From a virus, in the IMG/VR virus record IMGVR_UViG_3300014059_000004: DNA of 64,000 nt. One strand, 5' to 3'. The position numbers were made by a program, and so were the translations under genes. Shown in pieces: positions 36,031 to 45,530 of the stretch. The notes beneath the pieces are model-generated. The model ran no database searches. It saw only the letters and a program-made list of their open reading frames with translations, and was not told the origin of the DNA. How positions within the stretch are numbered: position 1 is the first letter of the stretch; each line of letters opens with the position of its first letter.

Positions 36031-36260
36031 GCCGGCTTCAAGAAGTCAAGGTTGCACAGTATCGTGTGACCCATGGGTGCATAGAAGTATAGTGCACCGC
36101 GGCCCTGAGCATAGGGATCGACATCTTCCATGTCCATGATCTGGATGATCAGTAGCAATGTCCCAGGTAGCGTGATGTAGTGCGTTGATCGATCTTCGAT
36201 GACGCGAAATGCTAGCCTCGTTGTCGTGGTGACTAAGTCACCCGGAGAAAAATTGTTCAT
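36027..36260 (-). CDS. array paralog
   Basis: MNNFSPGDLV. Confidence 0.55.
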   Translation of the reverse strand: MNNFSPGDLVTTTTRLAFRVIEDRSTHYITLPGTLLLIIQIMDMEDVDPYAQGRGALYFYAPMGHTILCNLDFLKPA

Positions 36261-36327
36261 GAAGCTCCGCTTGTCATAGTTTCATACGCCCAGCAAGCAT
36301 CACCACGATAGTTTGTAGCAATAGATT

Positions 36328-36558
36328 TCATCGCAGAGGTTCAAGGAAGATTGATCTAACCCATCCCACCTGATGGTTGTTGGCAACGTATATGCAGCAA
36401 TCTACTTTATCATCACCGTAGCCTTGAGTTCCTACAACGATGCAGATGGAACCTTTGGCTTTGGTGCAACGTTTGTACTCCCAATCGGGTTCTTTCAAAG
36501 AACGTGATCGTAGAGCAACATCACACTGGAATATCATCATATCGCCGGTAGAGACCAT
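36328..36558 (-). CDS. array paralog
   Basis: MVSTGDMMI. Confidence 0.5.
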   Translation of the reverse strand: MVSTGDMMIFQCDVALRSRSLKEPDWEYKRCTKAKGSICIVVGTQGYGDDKVDCCIYVANNHQVGWVRSIFLEPLR

Positions 36559-36806
36559 CAGGCATCCTCAAGCAAACCAGAACGTAGCCAACCTAGGTGC
36601 ACTCCCGTAGCAGTGTTGGCGAGAACGTAGCAATCTACTTCATAGTTGAAGCCGCCCAACGGATTGACTCCAAGCAGCAACAGGTAATGAAGTTGACTTC
36701 GTCCCACAGTAGCACCATACTCCCATCGAACGTCATTGATCGGTGCAGATCGTAGCGTGATCGCATGGCAATTGATCTTCAGAAGAGAACCGATCTTGAG
36801 ATTCAT
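36558..36806 (-). CDS. array paralog
   Basis: MNLKIGSLL. Confidence 0.55.
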   Translation of the reverse strand: MNLKIGSLLKINCHAITLRSAPINDVRWEYGATVGRSQLHYLLLLGVNPLGGFNYEVDCYVLANTATGVHLGWLRSGLLEDA

Positions 36807-37045
36807 GGCAATTGCAGCTCTTCTTCAAACAGCAAGCATCGCTGCCCGCTTGGGTTGATCAACTCTGTGCACTTTGAACCCATGATGATCCGCGAGTCGA
36901 TGACCACGTGGAAACCATTTTGGATGAGACCGCAGTAACAGTTACTTCCACCGCGCTCCAGGTAATTCTTGTTTCCAAACTGCATCTCGGGACGTGGGAC
37001 AACAAGCTCGCCGACAGAGAACTTGGCTACGTATTTTTCTCGCAT
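36803..37045 (-). CDS. array paralog
   Basis: KFSVGELV. Confidence 0.5.
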   Translation of the reverse strand: MREKYVAKFSVGELVVPRPEMQFGNKNYLERGGSNCYCGLIQNGFHVVIDSRIIMGSKCTELINPSGQRCLLFEEELQLP

Positions 37046-37239
37046 GATTCTTTCACAACGTTAACGTGGATAACCCAGGTTCGAACGATGATGCCAGAGG
37101 GTGTCATCAGCAGGCAAGTTTCTTCGTTAATCTTCAAAGACACCACGACATGGATGCCTTCTTCAAGCGGACGAAGCACCAACCCAAAGCCGTAGTAGTT
37201 GCGGCTGCTTATTGTCACAAGATCACCTGGATGATACAT
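37027..37239 (-). CDS. array paralog
   Basis: MYHPGDLV. Confidence 0.55.
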   Translation of the reverse strand: MYHPGDLVTISSRNYYGFGLVLRPLEEGIHVVVSLKINEETCLLMTPSGIIVRTWVIHVNVVKESCEKNT

Positions 37240-37478
37240 TAGGACAACTTCATCATGCAGTCAGAGTACGCCCAATACACTTCTCCTGATGGTGCTAGAA
37301 CTGCTAGAAAGTGCTTGTTTGGATTTCTCACCGCTGTTGGTTCAATTCCGATGATCACATGATATCCACGCTTTATGGGTCGATGATAGAACCATTGATC
37401 ATTTTTCTGCGATCTGTGATAGCTCCAAGCATCCTCGAAGCCTTCCGCAGGGACGAACGCAATGTCTCCTATTTTCAC
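37239..37478 (-). CDS. array paralog
   Basis: MKIGDIAFV. Confidence 0.55.
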   Translation of the reverse strand: MKIGDIAFVPAEGFEDAWSYHRSQKNDQWFYHRPIKRGYHVIIGIEPTAVRNPNKHFLAVLAPSGEVYWAYSDCMMKLS

Positions 37479-37705
37479 TCAATCACCGTCATCTGCATTG
37501 TTTGCAAGTACAGTATGCGCCCTTGCGGGGTAAGAATTCCGACTCTGTCATACTCGCTTGTGCAAGGAGGTGCGTGGACGACGATGCACAGGCCAGCGTT
37601 ATTTGTGAGTATCCTTGTGATCGCATCTCCCCGGAAGCTTTCGTAGAAGAAAAGGTTGCCGTGAGGCCTAACAAGCATCCCAACGGACTTCTGGTATTTT
37701 GACAT
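37475..37705 (-). CDS. array paralog (trimmed)
   Basis: MSKYQKSVGMLV. Confidence 0.45.
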   Translation of the reverse strand: MSKYQKSVGMLVRPHGNLFFYESFRGDAITRILTNNAGLCIVVHAPPCTSEYDRVGILTPQGRILYLQTMQMTVIE

Positions 37706-37706
37706 C

Positions 37707-37913
37707 TTACGCCAATCTTTCAAGACGTTGCACAAGCTCCACATGATCAACGTGGCACAACGCAATTTTACCGCATCGCAGCAGCAACCTAACATGAGTG
37801 TTTCCCATCATGCCGAGCACGACCAGCGAGCCCGCGAACTTTTTCTCACCGAACGTGCGTATGTAAGGTTCCATGTTGACAAGGTCACCAACCTTAAACC
37901 TGCCCGGGGTCAT
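37707..37913 (-). CDS. array paralog
   Basis: MTPGRFKVGDLV. Confidence 0.55.
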   Translation of the reverse strand: MTPGRFKVGDLVNMEPYIRTFGEKKFAGSLVVLGMMGNTHVRLLLRCGKIALCHVDHVELVQRLERLA

Positions 37914-38176
37914 AGCATCACATTTCCGCGTAAGTCAACAATGATCTTTATCTGAGATGAAAATAGGAACTTAACTTGACTGTCAGCAGTGAGCAAGCCG
38001 ATCACGTGAAGATCCGGGCACAACATTGCATGAGTGCAGCCCGGTGAATATATGACAGTGCACAAGCTGGCCCAGTTCGTGAGCTCATTTCCCACTTTCT
38101 GTGCTTCTATATCATCAAAAAAGAAGATGTCGTCGATAGGCTTAACAATCGCTCCGGGCTTAACAACGGGTTTCAT
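37910..38176 (-). CDS. array paralog
   Basis: MKPVVKPGAIV. Confidence 0.5.
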   Translation of the reverse strand: MKPVVKPGAIVKPIDDIFFFDDIEAQKVGNELTNWASLCTVIYSPGCTHAMLCPDLHVIGLLTADSQVKFLFSSQIKIIVDLRGNVML

Positions 38177-38427
38177 CTTAGCTGCTCAATCTCGTCATCG
38201 TAAAGTTGAACGATCCTTCCGTCGCTGTTGTTGAGCAGCATTACAACGCTGAGATTGTCAGGATGATAACCCAAGAACACGTAACCAGATGATACGTCAG
38301 AACTTGAAATTTCATCTCCACTCGCTGTGAAGTGATTGTAACCATATCCTTCATCGACTACAACGTACATGGCACTGCCCGGTGCGAAGTCAGTGACAAC
38401 AAGATCGCCTGCCCGAAATGTCTTCAT
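38173..38427 (-). CDS. array paralog (trimmed)
   Basis: MKTFRAGDLV. Confidence 0.5.
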   Translation of the reverse strand: MKTFRAGDLVVTDFAPGSAMYVVVDEGYGYNHFTASGDEISSSDVSSGYVFLGYHPDNLSVVMLLNNSDGRIVQLYDDEIEQLR

Positions 38428-38678
38428 ACAACCTCGAACTCCCCAGCTCTCAGCGACAGTATTTCTCCGTCGGAGGTGATGAACTGAGCGTAATTTGCTG
38501 GCTCGTTCACGCGCCATGCTGTCCAGCAGATGAACACAAGAACGTCATCTCTCTTGACAACACGTTCAGATGCCGTTGCGCTAGCAAAGTTGATGTACTG
38601 CAAATTGCTGTTGGCACATGCTCTCGTTGGGCGGCAGAGATCACCAGACAGAATTTTGACGCTTGAATGGTTCATCAT
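38424..38678 (-). CDS. array paralog
   Basis: KILSGDLC. Confidence 0.5.
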   Translation of the reverse strand: MMNHSSVKILSGDLCRPTRACANSNLQYINFASATASERVVKRDDVLVFICWTAWRVNEPANYAQFITSDGEILSLRAGEFEVV

Positions 38679-38899
38679 AGTTCTTTGAACTCACCCTCGA
38701 TCAGTCCAACGATCTGATCACCCAAGATGAAGTAGCACAGCCTTGGGTATTCTCGATCAGCGCTGTACAAGAACACTAGCTTGTGATGACGGAATATGGC
38801 GATGCGCTTGTGCATAGCAAAATGAGCGTTGCAGTAAATTTCACCTTCAAGCTCTGGTGTTGGTGAGCAAAGAGCACCGGCTCGGATGCCATCCGTCAC
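38675..38899 (-). CDS. array paralog
   Basis: MTDGIRAGALC. Confidence 0.5.
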   Translation of the reverse strand: MTDGIRAGALCSPTPELEGEIYCNAHFAMHKRIAIFRHHKLVFLYSADREYPRLCYFILGDQIVGLIEGEFKEL

Positions 38900-39171
38900 A
38901 GCGCCTCGATCTCTTCAGCAAGGAGAAATGTGACAGTTTTGAGCTGTGCGTGCAGCAAAATAGCAATTGTGGACATCTCCATAGTTGAAACGTCAATCCT
39001 CCGCGCCTGCAAGAATCCGATGCACAAGAACGTGACGTTTGGGTTAACCCGCGGAAGATTCATGTTGACAGTCCAAACGTTCGTTCCGTTTTCGCGAGGC
39101 GTGATGTTCATGTACCTGAACTGGATGACGTCTCCCGAGGGGGTGCACAGATCACCGACTTTGATCGTCAT
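38896..39171 (-). CDS. array paralog
   Basis: MTIKVGDLC. Confidence 0.55.
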   Translation of the reverse strand: MTIKVGDLCTPSGDVIQFRYMNITPRENGTNVWTVNMNLPRVNPNVTFLCIGFLQARRIDVSTMEMSTIAILLHAQLKTVTFLLAEEIEAL

Positions 39172-39401
39172 AGCAACTTAAATTCTCTGTTGTACAGCGA
39201 TGCTATCGTTCCATCAGGCAGCACAAATACAGCCATCGACGTACTTTGCGTAGAGAGGGTGACAATGTTAACCCAGCCGATGAACAACAGCACGTCGTTC
39301 TTTTGCGCCCAAACATTAGTTGGAAAATTTCCAACCGGATCGATGTAGCTTACTGCACCGTTTCCAATCGGAGAGCATAGATCACCAACTTTTATGCTCA
39401 T
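39168..39401 (-). CDS. array paralog
   Basis: MSIKVGDLC. Confidence 0.55.
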   Translation of the reverse strand: MSIKVGDLCSPIGNGAVSYIDPVGNFPTNVWAQKNDVLLFIGWVNIVTLSTQSTSMAVFVLPDGTIASLYNREFKLL

Positions 39402-39628
39402 ATCTTATGAAACTCTCCATCATAAAGCATCACGATTGATCCATCTGGGAGAATGAACTTTGCTATGCGTCGATCACTGTAGGAAGAACCTTCAGGATGC
39501 CAACAAACGAACAGAAGAATATCACTGTAGGCAGCTTTTCGACCGGTTACTACGTTGCGAGCAGACAAGTAGTTAACATTCCCAAGCCCTGTTTTGGTGG
39601 GTATGCAAATGTCACCACTATCATACAT
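39398..39628 (-). CDS. array paralog
   Basis: MYDSGDIC. Confidence 0.55.
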   Translation of the reverse strand: MYDSGDICIPTKTGLGNVNYLSARNVVTGRKAAYSDILLFVCWHPEGSSYSDRRIAKFILPDGSIVMLYDGEFHKI

Positions 39629-39863
39629 GCGTCACCTCGCTTTTGTGCAGCCAGACAACTTTACCATCGTTTACGCGCATGAGAGCGCAAGCGTTCCAAT
39701 CGTAACTAATCTTAAAGCCAACTACTACGTACATTTCATCGTGCTCAGCGGGGCTTGACTTTGAATCGTAGATCGCGTGCTTGGCGCCCAATGACGACTC
39801 CAAGATGTAGTAACGCTTGCTAAGCGTCGGTGCTAGCTTCACAAGATCGCCAATGTTAAACAT
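39621..39863 (-). CDS. array paralog (trimmed)
   Basis: MFNIGDLV. Confidence 0.5.
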   Translation of the reverse strand: MFNIGDLVKLAPTLSKRYYILESSLGAKHAIYDSKSSPAEHDEMYVVVGFKISYDWNACALMRVNDGKVVWLHKSEVTHV

Positions 39864-40098
39864 GCTGGAGCTCGTTCTCGTACAGGTGAACAATTTTAAG
39901 ATCTTCGATGCTCCACAATGTGGAAATATTCTTGTACATTCCACCGTGAACGATCGTCATCTGCCCGATGTAAACGTACAAGTCTCCGCGCTTAGTGTAA
40001 TCCCAGTTTTCGGGGGTTGCTGTAGATCCATCGGGATTGATAAACGCTCTGCCTAGAGCATCTCTTCTTGGCGTCACCAGATCACCAATCCTGAACAT
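39856..40098 (-). CDS. array paralog (trimmed)
   Basis: MFRIGDLV. Confidence 0.5.
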   Translation of the reverse strand: MFRIGDLVTPRRDALGRAFINPDGSTATPENWDYTKRGDLYVYIGQMTIVHGGMYKNISTLWSIEDLKIVHLYENELQHV

Positions 40099-40346
40099 AA
40101 CACTTCTACGACTTCTTTTGAAGTAAGGTAAGTGATGATGCACTGGGGGATCATCAACAGCACGTACACCTTGTTGTCATCAACAAGACCAGATTCTAGA
40201 GCTCCTACGATCAAGTAACGATGGTTGCTAGATACTGTTACCATCTTGTGATTTCCTCGCCAGTCACCGGGATATCTCTCGTCAGGTTTCATGTAAGCGT
40301 AACCCCAAGAGTCTTCGACTGCTCGGACGTAAGATCCAATCTTCAT
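40074..40346 (-). CDS. array paralog
   Basis: MKIGSYV. Confidence 0.5.
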   Translation of the reverse strand: MKIGSYVRAVEDSWGYAYMKPDERYPGDWRGNHKMVTVSSNHRYLIVGALESGLVDDNKVYVLLMIPQCIITYLTSKEVVEVLCSGLVIW

Positions 40347-40570
40347 GCCAGCTCAACTTTCTCCACATTGATGTAGAGCACTGCTCCCGAAACGTGCAGC
40401 AGAGCGCACAAGTAGATCGGATCAGAAGACTTCCCAACTGTTACGTAACCCAAGAGCACGTAGCGATCTCGAGCTCTAACGCGCCTGGTTGTCCGGACAG
40501 AGCGATGGGTCAAGTAGTGATGAGCTCCCGCAGTAGATTTTGGCTTCAACAAGGATCCAGTGTTGAACAT
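40343..40570 (-). CDS. array paralog (trimmed)
   Basis: MFNTGSLL. Confidence 0.45.
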   Translation of the reverse strand: MFNTGSLLKPKSTAGAHHYLTHRSVRTTRRVRARDRYVLLGYVTVGKSSDPIYLCALLHVSGAVLYINVEKVELA

Positions 40571-40809
40571 GCTAACACCCATGCATCGACGTCGGCGTCG
40601 AACAAGAGGCCAAGGTTTCCAGTGTCAACTATCATGACGCAGATAATCCTGTTGTAGTCCGCCGTTTCTGGTGCGTAACCAATCAGCAAGAATCGATCTG
40701 ATCCTTGGATCTTGCGATCGTTAGACACTTCAAGCCCGTCGCCCGACAGCGTCAAGTAGTTTTGTCCGATCATGGAAGCCTTTGGTCGCAGCAGGTCACC
40801 CGTTTTCAT
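40546..40809 (-). CDS. array paralog (trimmed)
   Basis: MKTGDLL. Confidence 0.5.
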   Translation of the reverse strand: MKTGDLLRPKASMIGQNYLTLSGDGLEVSNDRKIQGSDRFLLIGYAPETADYNRIICVMIVDTGNLGLLFDADVDAWVLACSTLDPC

Positions 40810-40834
40810 GCCCCTTGAAGCTCGCCTTCCCACA

Positions 40835-41050
40835 TCATGCCCACGTGCGCATCACCAGAGCACATGACATACACGATGTGCTTTGTGCCAAATTCATCTC
40901 CTTCACACCGATGACAAAGTAGATGTCTTTGAGCGACGTCACTCGTGAGCTCCACGAAGGCAGCACGGCGCCATTTTCAACGACGAGGAACGAGGCACCG
41001 TCCATGCTCCTCTTCAACCTGACGATATCACCAGGCGCGAAATTGCTCAT
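40835..41050 (-). CDS. array paralog
   Basis: MSNFAPGDIV. Confidence 0.55.
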   Translation of the reverse strand: MSNFAPGDIVRLKRSMDGASFLVVENGAVLPSWSSRVTSLKDIYFVIGVKEMNLAQSTSCMSCALVMRTWA

Positions 41051-41295
41051 AGCGCAACGACCTCATCGATCCACAATTCACCGACGTGCTGATCTCTGGT
41101 TCTCAGCAACCAACAACGTCCACGCTTTCCACCGTCAGAAATTGTCACTTGTTCGTATCCAATGATCATGAATACGTCTCTGACCCGTGCTCGAGGACCA
41201 TCAAGTCCCCCAAATCCTGCTCGCTTAAGAAATGGATAATCATGCGCAGTGTTGATGATTGTCACGAGCGCGCCGATGCATGAAGCGTTAACCAC
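41047..41295 (-). CDS. array paralog
   Basis: MVNASCIGALV. Confidence 0.5.
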   Translation of the reverse strand: MVNASCIGALVTIINTAHDYPFLKRAGFGGLDGPRARVRDVFMIIGYEQVTISDGGKRGRCWLLRTRDQHVGELWIDEVVAL

Positions 41296-41527
41296 AAGTC
41301 ACCTCGTTAACGTCCCAATCGTCAAGGAAGACGAGCGACATGTCGCGCCTCAGGCACATCACGATGTTTCGACGACTCATGTCGTACGAGGAAACGACGG
41401 TTAGAAACTCAGATTCATCCACCAGCATAGATGAATCGTTCCACTGACGACACCAACAATCATCCAGCAATTTAAGGCCACGAGCTTCGCTGTGCGGTTT
41501 AACAAGCATGCCAGGAAGATGACGCAT
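41288..41527 (-). CDS. array paralog
   Basis: MRHLPGMLV. Confidence 0.5.
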   Translation of the reverse strand: MRHLPGMLVKPHSEARGLKLLDDCWCRQWNDSSMLVDESEFLTVVSSYDMSRRNIVMCLRRDMSLVFLDDWDVNEVTCG

Positions 41528-41587
41528 CCTCTTAACATCTTACCACTCTGGGCCCGAGCTGTGCACAGCGCTCGTGGGCCTCACGAT

Positions 41588-41854
41588 TTAATCGCACAAA
41601 TCATCCGATGGTTTCCATCTCAATACCCCCAAATAAACTAGAGAGCACCCTCGAGCCCGGAGCAGCAGGTACGTGCTCTTGAGGCCGATCAACGGCGCCA
41701 ACTCCGGCGATATGGGAATCTCTGAGATGAAGATGAGGTATTCACCCTTCTCAATATCATGGTCGTAGGATGCCCACTGCGGCGTGCCTCGTTCGCCGTA
41801 GTACAGCGTCCAGCATCTCTTGCTAGCCTTGAGCAACGTTCCAGGTTTTATCAC
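41588..41854 (-). CDS. array paralog
   Basis: MIKPGTLL. Confidence 0.55.
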   Translation of the reverse strand: MIKPGTLLKASKRCWTLYYGERGTPQWASYDHDIEKGEYLIFISEIPISPELAPLIGLKSTYLLLRARGCSLVYLGVLRWKPSDDLCD

Positions 41855-41866
41855 AGTAGGCCTACT

Positions 41867-42130
41867 TCATAGGTGTAAAAGTTTCGCTACGTTCCTTGCG
41901 TCGACGGTGCACAGTTCACCAGACGATTTCATGACTCGGATGTACTTCGAAGACTTGTTGAACCAATAGTGCATCAACTCTTCTTCTTTGTCACCAACGT
42001 TGCAGATGAACACTAGCAGCTGACTGTTTAGGATGACGCCTTGTTCTGGGTGCAACTTCCAATTAGCGCCAGCACCAAAGAAGCAGGGTATGACGTAATC
42101 TGTCGGCTGCAGCAAGTCGCCCGTCAACAC
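41867..42130 (-). CDS. array paralog
   Basis: MLTGDLL. Confidence 0.55.
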   Translation of the reverse strand: MLTGDLLQPTDYVIPCFFGAGANWKLHPEQGVILNSQLLVFICNVGDKEEELMHYWFNKSSKYIRVMKSSGELCTVDARNVAKLLHL

Positions 42131-42399
42131 AGCGCCACCTCATGCGCGTACAAGTTGATCAATCCTATCGTTGGTGAAAAGAGGTGAAGCACAGAGCCTC
42201 CTTCGATGTACGCTTCATGCCCAATGCAAAGAAGAAATTCTTTCTTGGTGTTTGGTATTCCATAGCGGAATGATGTGACCCAAGAGCCCTTAAGGTGCCG
42301 TGTCAACGGCGGCATGTTGACTGCAGCGTCAGACGGTACTACGATCGATCCGCAGCTGATTTTAGTGCCATGGCAATCTGTGGGCGCGCGCACTTTCAT
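42124..42399 (-). CDS. divergent array paralog (trimmed)
   Basis: MKVRAPTDCHGTKISCGSIV; ATGA coupling. Confidence 0.4.
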   Translation of the reverse strand: MKVRAPTDCHGTKISCGSIVVPSDAAVNMPPLTRHLKGSWVTSFRYGIPNTKKEFLLCIGHEAYIEGGSVLHLFSPTIGLINLYAHEVALC

Positions 42400-42641
42400 A
42401 GGGTCACAACGTCCCTTCTGTCGATGTAGACAATCCTCCCAGACTCTCTGATGACGCGTGCAATGTTTTCTGGTGACTTCGTCCACCGCGAGAAGTACTC
42501 GTAATCGCAGTCATCTTGTGTAAGATCGCTGACGTAAATAAGAATTTCTTTCCACAAGATCGTCGTGTAACCAGCCGGCTCTCTGTCAGCGAAGCAGTAT
42601 ATCGCTTCGTGCCCTGGTATCACAAGATCGCCTGACTTCAC
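42396..42641 (-). CDS. array paralog
   Basis: MKSGDLVI. Confidence 0.55.
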   Translation of the reverse strand: MKSGDLVIPGHEAIYCFADREPAGYTTILWKEILIYVSDLTQDDCDYEYFSRWTKSPENIARVIRESGRIVYIDRRDVVTL

Positions 42642-42886
42642 GGGATGACCTCAAATTCTCTCGTGCATATTTCGTACAAAGCACCGTCCTTAGAGCTCAA
42701 AGCATAAGCAGTTGTTTCACCCTCAACGGGAATCATGCCCATGTACGCATACACCGGTCCTGGTGCTTCATAAAACGCTTCGTACGTCTTAGAAACGTTC
42801 CACTTATAAATCCAGTGACGAGATCCAGAAGCGTCAGCTTTCGGTCGAAGCAACGTTCCAAGAAGTAGATCATCTAGATCGATCAT
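42638..42886 (-). CDS. array paralog (trimmed)
   Basis: MIDLDDLLLGTLL. Confidence 0.45.
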   Translation of the reverse strand: MIDLDDLLLGTLLRPKADASGSRHWIYKWNVSKTYEAFYEAPGPVYAYMGMIPVEGETTAYALSSKDGALYEICTREFEVIP

Positions 42887-43131
42887 AGCTTTGATAGCAT
42901 CCTTTTGTCGACGTACACGAGGCTGCAATCAGCACGCATGATCATCATCGTCGCAGCGGTGTACGTGCCCAACGATGGATGCACCCTTCTTTGGTCATCA
43001 CGGGAGAGCTTGCAGATGAACGTGCAAATTTCATCGCTAGCTATCGTTCTGATCAGCAGACCGAATTCAGGGTGCACTTCGAAGCACGTTGTTGCTGCGA
43101 ACCGCGATGCGACAAGGTCACCTGATTTCAT
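42883..43131 (-). CDS. array paralog
   Basis: MKSGDLVA. Confidence 0.55.
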   Translation of the reverse strand: MKSGDLVASRFAATTCFEVHPEFGLLIRTIASDEICTFICKLSRDDQRRVHPSLGTYTAATMMIMRADCSLVYVDKRMLSKL

Positions 43132-43373
43132 AGCTCTTCAACGTTCTCAGCATCGGTCAAGTAGATTTCACAATCTGGCGTAAGAATGTACAGAGCCGGA
43201 GCATCATCACGGTCAACCATGTTTCCGAGGTACACGTACAGTGGTCGACCGTGAGCTGTGATCACCTGCGAGTGAATCGGATTTGTTGAGTACAACCAAT
43301 GAAATGAAGAGGTTGGGATCAACAATGATCCTATCTTCAGCTTTTTCACGCTCTTCACGGTGCATCGCTCCAC
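43128..43373 (-). CDS. array paralog
   Basis: KLKIGSLL. Confidence 0.5.
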   Translation of the reverse strand: MERCTVKSVKKLKIGSLLIPTSSFHWLYSTNPIHSQVITAHGRPLYVYLGNMVDRDDAPALYILTPDCEIYLTDAENVEEL

Positions 43374-43591
43374 AGGATCAGCATGTCTTTTGTCGTTCGA
43401 TCATAGTTGATAACGATGCCAGCTGGCTCCGGAGCAAAATCGTTTAGTTTGCGATCGTAGTCATCCCACGCCGGTCTGACAACATCACCAGGAAGCCAGA
43501 ACACGTCGCGAGCTGGAATCTCGTAAGCGTGCTCAAATTCCACGAGGTAACCGATCTGCGTCCAGCGATGTTGTATCAGTTGGGGTGACAT
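43355..43591 (-). CDS. divergent array paralog
   Basis: FWLPGDVV. Confidence 0.4.
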   Translation of the reverse strand: MSPQLIQHRWTQIGYLVEFEHAYEIPARDVFWLPGDVVRPAWDDYDRKLNDFAPEPAGIVINYDRTTKDMLILWSDAP

Positions 43592-43743
43592 GGTTCAAAG
43601 CAGTAATCAGGGAACACTAGCACTTTTGTGTCTCTAGCCCGCAGGACGATTCCGTACCATCGCGAACCAGCTTGGTCCTTCCAGGACTCTGCATCGCCGA
43701 GAAAAATAAGCAGATCGCCGACGTCAAAGGAAACATCATTCAT
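43576..43743 (-). CDS. array paralog (short, 55 aa, found by eye in a gap of the ORF track)
   Basis: MNDVSFDVGDLL...VLVFPDYCFEP. Confidence 0.4.
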   Translation of the reverse strand: MNDVSFDVGDLLIFLGDAESWKDQAGSRWYGIVLRARDTKVLVFPDYCFEPCHPN

Positions 43744-43919
43744 GCTAGCACCATGATATCATAGGCGTAGTATGTTAGCACCCCGCCGTTTGGCAGCATC
43801 ACTCGAACGATCAGATCACCCCAAGCCCCAACGCGAAGGCCGATGCAAACCATGATGGTGTCATGAGGATGATATCCAATCTTCGCCTGAACTAGATCGC
43901 CGATCTTAATCTTCTTCAC
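43740..43919 (-). CDS. array paralog (GTG start, 59 aa)
   Basis: VKKIKIGDLV...VMLPNGGVLTYYAYDIMVLA; ATGA coupling downstream. Confidence 0.4.
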   Translation of the reverse strand: MKKIKIGDLVQAKIGYHPHDTIMVCIGLRVGAWGDLIVRVMLPNGGVLTYYAYDIMVLA

Positions 43920-44128
43920 GGGAGACTCAAGTCGTGGTTGTACACGTAAATCAAGTGACCAGATGGAAGAATCACCAACGCGTAATTACCACCATGCACT
44001 CGATAGTCGTTCAAGTAAACAGCAAGTCGCTCGTTAGAGCCAAAGTTGCGAATCTTTGGATGATCAGAATCAAGCTCGCATATGATGACATTGTCTCTGT
44101 TGATCTTCACCAAAGTACCGGTTTTCAT
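43916..44128 (-). CDS. array paralog
   Basis: MKTGTLV. Confidence 0.55.
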   Translation of the reverse strand: MKTGTLVKINRDNVIICELDSDHPKIRNFGSNERLAVYLNDYRVHGGNYALVILPSGHLIYVYNHDLSLP

Positions 44129-44304
44129 AGCTTCCTCAAGTTGCTCGCGTAGTACACTGCAATCTGTCCGTTGGGAAACATGACGCGAACCAGGCAGTCG
44201 CCGTGAAGGCTGTCAAGCGTTCCCATACACACCATGGGGCTCCGAGTCTGAGACAATCGGTTTTCAAATCGCAGCAGATCACCAGTCTTGAATGATTCTT
44301 TCAT
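44125..44304 (-). CDS. array paralog (59 aa, manual)
   Basis: MKESFKTGDLL...VMFPNGQIAVYYASNLRKL. Confidence 0.45.
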   Translation of the reverse strand: MKESFKTGDLLRFENRLSQTRSPMVCMGTLDSLHGDCLVRVMFPNGQIAVYYASNLRKL

Positions 44305-44522
44305 GCGGGCACCAAGTCAGCTGCAACGATGCGTGTCAACTTCCCTGACGGAAGCAGGACCCACTTGTAATCCTCGCCGGCGATCGTCTCGCAACCTACA
44401 CACATGCAGATGAAGTTGGGTTTAACTTTGAAGAACGCAAATTTCTCAAATCCCATGGGTATCATGGGTGCTTCAATGATCGTTGTGTGCCGCGTGGTAA
44501 GCAGATCTCCCGGCAGCATCAT
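44301..44522 (-). CDS. array paralog
   Basis: MMLPGDLL. Confidence 0.55.
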   Translation of the reverse strand: MMLPGDLLTTRHTTIIEAPMIPMGFEKFAFFKVKPNFICMCVGCETIAGEDYKWVLLPSGKLTRIVAADLVPA

Positions 44523-44692
44523 AGCAGCTCTCTCAGCTCGCTTGCGTATCGCCAGGCAACTTGCCCAGACGAGCAGACAACGCAGGCAATGCTAGGGTGA
44601 ACATGGTCCGTGCCCACGTAGATCAACACTGACCTCTTTGGTATTACGTGGTTATCGTAGATCCAATAGACCAGATCCCCGGATTTCATCAT
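44519..44692 (-). CDS. array paralog (57 aa, manual)
   Basis: MMKSGDLVYW...SSGQVAWRYASELREL. Confidence 0.45.
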   Translation of the reverse strand: MMKSGDLVYWIYDNHVIPKRSVLIYVGTDHVHPSIACVVCSSGQVAWRYASELRELL

Positions 44693-44856
44693 TGCTCCGC
44701 GTGCTTCAGATCACAGACGTAGAACCAATCAATCTGCCCATTCGGTGCTATAACGTAAGCGAATGCAGAATCCGGATCACAACGACACAAGTAGATGTAC
44801 ACGGTGTGCTGGGCGGCCCAGTTAACCAAGTCACCGCTACGAAATGAATCGCTCAC
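44689..44856 (-). CDS. array paralog (GTG start, manual)
   Basis: VSDSFRSGDLV...IAPNGQIDWFYVCDLKHAEQ. Confidence 0.4.
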   Translation of the reverse strand: MSDSFRSGDLVNWAAQHTVYIYLCRCDPDSAFAYVIAPNGQIDWFYVCDLKHAEQ

Positions 44857-45101
44857 TTGACAACCTTGAACTGGTGCGGGAAAGAGACCCAGATCTCACC
44901 GCGGAACAATACGACAGCGAGGTTACAATCATCCCACGTGACCGTGCCAAGAAAAGTGCCAGCTGCTCGGCATTCTTCATCTGTGGGCTTGAAATCTTTA
45001 TACACGAGCCGCGCGCCGTCCTCATGCAGTGAAATGGTCGTCACGTACGTACTTCCATGCGATTGTAGAATCACCATGTCACCCGGAAGTGTCACTGCCA
45101 T
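44853..45101 (-). CDS. array paralog
   Basis: MAVTLPGDMV. Confidence 0.5.
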   Translation of the reverse strand: MAVTLPGDMVILQSHGSTYVTTISLHEDGARLVYKDFKPTDEECRAAGTFLGTVTWDDCNLAVVLFRGEIWVSFPHQFKVVK

Positions 45102-45141
45102 CTAACAATTGTAACCCATTTTGTGGCACCAGTGCACAGCG

Positions 45142-45360
45142 TTACAAAGGCCTTAGTCTTGATGGATGAACTTCTACCAAGACACCAGACGGAAGCAAGA
45201 TAAGAACCAAGCTTCCGTTGCCACGACCGCTAATACCAACGTACACGAAAGGTCCAGAACCGGGAACTTCGAAGCCGTGAAGACCATATTCATAGGGTGC
45301 TTTCAACGTGAGGACGTACAGATCTCTCGAGTCGCTGCAGACCAGATCGCCGATCTTCAT
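45142..45360 (-). CDS. array paralog (trimmed)
   Basis: MKIGDLVC. Confidence 0.5.
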   Translation of the reverse strand: MKIGDLVCSDSRDLYVLTLKAPYEYGLHGFEVPGSGPFVYVGISGRGNGSLVLILLPSGVLVEVHPSRLRPL

Positions 45361-45518
45361 AGCAGCTCTAGTGCACCAACGTAGTATCTGTTGACGCGTC
45401 CGCTGAACAGCAAGACCCAAGCCCAAGTCGCTCCTGACTTGAGCTGACCAAACCCTATGATGATGCACGCTTCTGGCAAATAATTTTTTCGTGGGACAAC
45501 CAAGTCACCAACTTTCAT
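45357..45518 (-). CDS. array paralog (53 aa, manual)
   Basis: MKVGDLVVPRKN...LLFSGRVNRYYVGALELL. Confidence 0.45.
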   Translation of the reverse strand: MKVGDLVVPRKNYLPEACIIIGFGQLKSGATWAWVLLFSGRVNRYYVGALELL

Positions 45519-45530
45519 AGCGACACCTCA